This document shows positions 59,876 through 64,000 of a stretch of 64,000 bases of DNA, piece after piece. The stretch's first letter is position 1; each line of letters starts with the position of its first letter. A model generated the notes under the pieces. The model saw only the letters and a program-made list of their open reading frames with translations, was not told the origin of the DNA and made no database searches. Source of the DNA: an uncultured Acidimicrobiaceae bacterium (GTDB lineage Bacteria > Actinomycetota > Acidimicrobiia > Acidimicrobiales > RAAP-2). Made by a program: the position numbers and the translations under genes. The stretch covers positions 2,311,385-2,375,384 of the forward strand of contig OY969792.1 of the NCBI GenBank assembly GCA_963703105.1, given 5' to 3'.

Positions 59876-61689
59876 CTAGTAGTGAAGGTATTCGGGCATG
59901 AAGTCGCCCAAGGGATTCGGTGTGAATCCGATGGAGCTCTTGAGGGCGCGCGCGACTTCGACGATCGAGTTGGCCTGAGGTTGGTAGAGCACCGGGAGCT
60001 GTTCGGCCGCGAAGTTGGCGTAGGCGCTCAGGTCGGACTTCCCGTAGATCGAGGCTCGAATGAGGGTGGACATCTGCGCGCTGGCGTAGGTGCCCACGTT
60101 GAAGTCGCCCCCGGGCAAGAACAAGCGATTCGCCGGAGGGATAGTCGCTCGGCACGTAGGACCATCCGTAGCCCCAGGCGCAGATCTCGAAGGGCTTGGC
60201 CCCCGTGCAGTCACTGATCACGTTGTTGAAGGTGTCGGTGCTGTGGGTTATCGATATGCCGAGTGACTCCCAGTTGGCGATCTCGGACGCGAGCGTCTGG
60301 TCGAGCGACGGCGTGCCGGAGGGCCACACGACGTTGAATCCGAGCTGGTAGCCCTGGGCGATGTTCGCGCCGCACTGTCCGGCGCCGGTGCCCGGGTCGG
60401 TGCAGGTCTGCACGTTGTTCACCAACGTCCAGCCGTGCGCGCTGAGCAAGGTGCGAGCGGCGGCGAAGTTGAAAGGGTAGGGATTGACGACCGACCGACT
60501 GATGGTGCTCGGCGTGCGCGGGGGAAGCGGACTGTCGATCGGCGAGCCGTAGCCCTTGTCGGCGCTCTCGATGATGCTGCGTTGGTCGACGGCGTACTGC
60601 AGGGCTTGGCGGATGTAGAGCTGTTCGACCGCCGCGCCGTTGGGGTCCGACGAGGTGAAGTTGAAGGCGGCGTAGTTGAATCCCCACGCCGAACCGCTGA
60701 CGAGCGAGTAGTGCTGCGCCAAAGGAATCCAGTTCGGCCCGATCCGTCCGGGTGACGGCGCCGGAGCGGTGAGGACACTCGGGTCGATGTAGCCGATCGA
60801 GAGGCGATCGTTGAGCAGGTCGCTCTCTTCGGCCTGGATCGTCGTGTAGGCGATCTCTTTCACGTAGCGAACCTGGGCCTTCTGAGGACCGCGGTACTTG
60901 GTGTTGGGCTGGAAGACGGCGTTGCCGGTCGAGCTGAAGGCGGTGAGGCGCCACGGGCCGTCGTCACCGCCCTGCCACAGCGCGCCGGTGAAGGTGGAGG
61001 TCGTCGATCCCACTTTCGTGAGATAGGTCAGGACGGCGCTGCAGGCGGCGTCGGTGCTCGCCGCGCCGTAGGTCCCGCTCGCGCAGGTCGAGGCCTGCGT
61101 GCTCGACGTGCGGTCCCACCGATCGGGCATCGGCGTGATCTCCGAGAGGTAGTTGGCGAGGATCCAGCTCGGATTGACCGCCGTCGTGAAGTTGATGCGC
61201 ACGGTGTTGGCGTGACCGGCGGCGCTCTTCACCTGATCCGGTATCCCGTAGCCGGCGTTGTAGCCGCAGTAGGCGGTCGGGATCGGCCTTGTACATGTTG
61301 AGGAAGAACATCACCGAGCGGGCGTCGACGACCTGACCGTCGGCGAAGCGCCACCCCTTCATCGTGATCGTCACCGTGCGGTTTCCGTGGGAGAAGACGG
61401 GTCGATCGGCGGGCGAGAGTGACGGCTCGAAGGTGGCCGCGCCGCCCATGCCGAACCAGTAGAGGGGTCGAAACATCAACATCTGGAACTGATTGATGTT
61501 GTTGACCGAGGCGTAGGCGCACCCCATGAAGGGAAAGATGAAGTTTGGATTGGCCCCCGGGGCCTCGGCGAAGGTGATCGTTCCCGACGGCTCGGCCGCG
61601 ACCGTGGCCGACGCGGACGAAGCCACGACGGCCACGCCGAGGACCACCAGCGTGGCGAAGGCGAGGCGTAGGGAGTGTCCGACGTGCAT
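59876..61689 (-). CDS. Peptide ABC substrate-binding protein (OppA-like) 2, paralog; frameshifted
   Basis: Colinear with copy 1 (GANPN.IFPF, NINQFQ, FRPLYWFG, MPEY). Confidence 0.85.
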
Positions 61690-61786
61690 AGAGGTCTCAG
61701 CCCGTGCCATGGAGATGGCCAAAGGTACGGCACCCGCAACTAACGGGCCAATTGAACGATACTGGCTGGTCTTTGGGCCTCAGTGG

Positions 61787-62696
61787 TCAGGCCAGGGCCG
61801 ACGTGAGGATCGACGCGATGTCGGAGTCATCGAAGGCGAACCCGGCCACGTGCAAGGCCGCGGGCACGACGCGCTGACTCGCCAGGACCGCGCCGTCCAC
61901 GAGATCGGCACCGAGCGCGACTCGCAGCACGCCCGCCGGAATTCGCACGCGAGCGGGGCGGTGCAGTTGGCGCGCCAGCGCGTCGGTGAACGCGCGATTC
62001 GTCAGCGCGGCCGGAGCCACGAGGTTGAAAGGTCCGCCGGTGCGCGTCTCGAGCAGCCACACGATGGCCCGCACCTCGTCGCGCAGCGAGATCGGACTGA
62101 GCCACTGGTGTCCGGTGCCCAACGCGCCGCCGAATCCAAGGCGAAAGAGGGGCAGTTGCCTCTTCAGCAGCCCGCCGCGGGAGCGACAGGACGAGACCGG
62201 TGCGCAGGTGCGCGACAACGGTGCCGGATTGCGACAGCGGTGACGTCGCCTCTTCCCACTCGGTGCAGAGGTGGGCGAGGAAGTCGTCGCCGGTCGACGA
62301 ATTCTCATCGAGCGACTCGTCCCCCCGAGATCCGTAGACGCCGACGGCCGAACCGCTCGCCAGAAAATGCCGTACCGGATGACTCCTGGAGGAGTCGCAC
62401 GAGCAAGCGCGTTGCGTCGGTGCGCGACGTACGTATCTACTGTCTTGCGCCGATTCGACCATCGTCGATCGCCGATGCCCGCGCCGGCGAGGTTGACCAC
62501 GGCGTCGAATCGGCCGACGCGCTCGCAGGTCCCCCTCGTCGACGAGGCCCCGTGACGGATCCCATCGCACCACCTCACCGCCCGGGCGCGCGGAGTCGGG
62601 ACGAACGAAACGCACCACGTCGTCGCCGCGCTCGAGCAGCGCACTCACCAACGCCGATCCGATGAAGCCCGAGGAGCCGGTTACGCCGACGCGCAC
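61787..62696 (-). CDS. TIGR01777-like NAD-dependent epimerase, frameshifted
   Basis: VTGSSGFIG, VVNLAGAGI, SAVGVYG, LRTG, GTGHQWLSPISL. Confidence 0.85.
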
Positions 62697-63498
62697 GTCT
62701 CGTCCCACAGTTCTGCGATCAACGAGGCGAGCTGGTCGGGAATCGAAAGGTGCGCGCCGTGCGCGGCGTTGGTCACCTCTCGGCTTTCGATGAGCGGATT
62801 GATCGACGCCAACTTCGCGCTGAGGGAACGGTAGAAGTCGGGTGCGAGGATGTCGCCGAAGACGTAGACGGCGGGCACCACGAGTCGACGCGATGTCGAA
62901 CGGCGGCGTCCCCGCGTGCAGGCCGGCGAGATCGTCCACCAGCGCCGGGCCGTCTCGACGTCGCGAGTCACGCTCGCGTTCGCTCAGCCGCTCCCAGGCA
63001 GCGTCCGAGACGATACGGCGGAAGAACTTTTCGGCCTCGAGCTCGGCATCGTTGCCCAGCCCGGCGCCGGTGCCGTGTCGGCGAAGGATCCACGGCAGCG
63101 GGGCCTCGTAGGTGACCACGAGTCGCGCGATCGACGGATGCGTCAATGGCCGCGGCGTAGGCCACGACACCGCCGAAGCTGTGACCGAAGAAGATGATGG
63201 GACGATCGTCCTTTTCGTGGTGGGCGAGGGCGATGAGGTCGGCGACGTGGTTCGCCAGTCCGAGCGGGCGCGAGCGCGCGCGAACCCTGATAGCCGCGAC
63301 GGTCGTAGGTGACGAGGTCGAATCGATCGGTCCGTCGAGCCAGTCGGGCGAAAGAACCGCCGCGGTCCAGCCCGCCGTGGATGCAGATGATGCGTGGCCT
63401 CGGGTCGCTCGACGCGACGCTCGGCGACGGCCAGTCCGGGGACCGGCGTGTCGGCGACGAAGTGCAGTCCGTGGGGAGTGGGGGCGGAACTCACTCAC
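62681..63498 (-). CDS. Alpha/beta hydrolase, frameshifted
   Basis: HGGLDR, YDRRGY, GHSFGG, AAHGAH. Confidence 0.8.
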
Positions 63499-63567
63499 GC
63501 GAACTTACCCCTCTCGATGCGCGGTGAACCTCCGGAATAATGGTGCTCGACCCCTAGGCTGGGAGAC

Positions 63568-64000
63568 GTGACTACGCCTCCCGAACCATCGTCATCGTCG
63601 TCTCGCGCAAAGGCTCCTTCGGACCCAACGCGTGGCTGGTCGACGACATGTACGACCGCTTCCTGGCCGACCCCAGTTCGGTCGCCGAGAGCTGGCGCGA
63701 GTTCTTCGCCGACTACCAGCGCTCGACCGTCCCGAGCGTGGCGTCGTCGGCCGCGCCGGCGCGCCGTCGTCGCGTCGCGCCGACATCGACGACGAGGCGA
63801 CGCCGCTTCGCGGGGCCGCGGCGCGCATCGTGGCCAACATGGAGGCCAGCCTCGCCGTACCCACCGCGACCAGCGTGCGCACGGTGTCGGCGCGTCTCTT
63901 GGAGATCAATCGAGCGGCGCTCAACGAATCGCTGTCGCGCTCCAGCGGCGCCAAGGTCTCCTTCACGCACTTCATCGCCTTCGCCATCGTCAAGGGACTG
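63568..64000 (+). CDS. kgd: Multifunctional 2-oxoglutarate metabolism enzyme Kgd/OdhA, N-terminus (3' truncated)
   Basis: [25 protein letters not shown]; [15 protein letters not shown]; KVSFTHFI. Confidence 0.88.
   Translation, partial: MTTPPEPSSSSSRAKAPSDPTRGWSTTCTTASWPTPVRSPRAGASSSPTTSARPSRAWRRRPRRRAVVASRRHRRRGDAASRGRGAHRGQHGGQPRRTHRDQRAHGVGASLGDQSSGAQRIAVALQRRQGLLHALHRLRHRQGT

Overview
A 64 kb chromosomal window from a high-GC actinobacterium. Acidimicrobiia-like is inferred from Kgd, PafBC, CofC and many leaderless genes. Most content is housekeeping: SUF, lpdA/E2/lipBA, metH/pduO/mutase, acc/birA, rmlD/wbbL, secA-prfB-ftsEX, dxs, tldDE, moaC, a peptide ABC transporter and the start of kgd. 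Many genes, including essential ones, carry single-base frameshifts that look like long-read consensus errors. CDS coordinates are therefore reconstructed across frames and some ends are approximate. Highlights: (1) A compact locus of an apparently fused PafBC (WYL) regulator, a helicase-less MOBF/TrwC-type relaxase and a convergent, anchor-less VirD4-like coupling ATPase. It lies beside a histone-H1-like gene, with no T4SS, integrase or att site in view. (2) A raiA-motif ncRNA directly upstream of secA, with no raiA/hpf gene beside it. (3) An accessory insert between lpdA and the E2 gene that carries degenerate copies of the E2 promoter and start. (4) An E2 with a degenerate acyltransferase site, followed by a LipB-LipA fusion. 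(5) A PafBC-type promoter on a VOC gene. All calls come from motif recognition by eye; no searches were run.
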